Assembly: GCF_016433145.1 (NCBI RefSeq)
Contig: NC_058135.1
Coordinates: 214,883,847-214,947,846 of the forward strand
Length of the DNA stretch: 64,000 nt
Direction: 5' to 3'
Source: Gracilinanus agilis
Lineage: Eukaryota
In this document: positions 63,624-64,000 of the stretch, in pieces
How the letters are laid out: every line of letters begins with the position of its first letter
How positions within the stretch are numbered: position 1 is the stretch's first letter
Translations under genes and position numbers: made by a program
Notes under the pieces: generated by a model
What the model saw: only the letters and a program-made list of their open reading frames with translations
What the model was told of the DNA's origin: nothing
Database searches by the model: none

Positions 63624-64000
63624 CAGGTATGCTTCATTTTATTGCGCTTTNNNNNNNNNNNNNNNNNNNNNNNNNNNNNNNNNNNNNNNNNNNNNNNNNN
63701 NNNNNNNNNNNNNNNNNNNNNNNNNNNNNNNNNNNNNNNNNNNNNNNNNNNNNNNNNNNNNNNNNNNNNNNNNNNNNNNNNNNNNNNNNNNNTTTGAATA
63801 TATCTGTTATGGTTACCTTTGATCAGTGACTCAATGTAACTGACGGGCACCACTTATAAGGTAAAAAAAAAGAAAAAAAAAGAAAACCCTTATAAGACAG
63901 CAAACTTAATTGATAAATGTTGTGTGTATTCTGTCTGCTCTGCTGACTTGCTGTTCGCCCTTTATCTTCCCCTTCTTGGGTCTCCATATTCCTTGAGACA
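63624..64000 (+). mobile_element. Tigger1-like (TcMar-Tigger) DNA transposon 5' end, extends beyond the window
   Basis: TA followed by CAGGTATGCTTCATTTTATTGCGCTTT resembles the Tigger1 5' TIR. After the gap, ATATCTGTTATGGT...TATAAGACAGCAAACTTAATTGATAAATGTTGTGTGT...CCATATTCCTTGAGACA follows the recalled Tigger1 5' region in order. Confidence 0.88.
63651..63792. other. Assembly gap (142 N)
   Basis: Run of N in the sequence. Confidence 1.

Noticed and set aside
63567-63853. Three ORFs containing X runs
   Set aside because: Artefacts of the N gap.

Overview
AT-rich, repeat-dense mammalian DNA that looks intronic or intergenic. The repeat set points to a marsupial, most likely a didelphid opossum such as Monodelphis: MAR1- and SINE1_Mdo-type CORE-SINEs, marsupial L1 3' ends, a 7SL-derived P7SL-type SINE, young hAT/Charlie MITEs, MIR, L2, L3/CR1 and solo LTRs. 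I recognise no protein-coding gene. The listed ORFs I examined trace to low-complexity DNA, L1/CR1 remnants, the N gap or the palindrome below, and the rest are short and unrecognisable. A few splice-site-bounded exon candidates are unconfirmed. The stand-out structure is a ~540-bp near-perfect palindrome (18147-18685). It is built from two head-to-head copies of an endogenous retrovirus R-U5 / tRNA-Arg primer-binding site / leader segment, each with an outward-facing AATAAA, so it is a candidate fold-back retroviral cDNA relic and possible hairpin-RNA source. Also present: six TSD-bounded hAT MITEs, nested insertions, tandem arrays of the MIR3/L3 tail motif, a Tigger1-like element running off the right end and a 142-nt N gap. 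Repeat family names are from memory of consensus sequences. Coordinates of old repeats are approximate. No searches were run.
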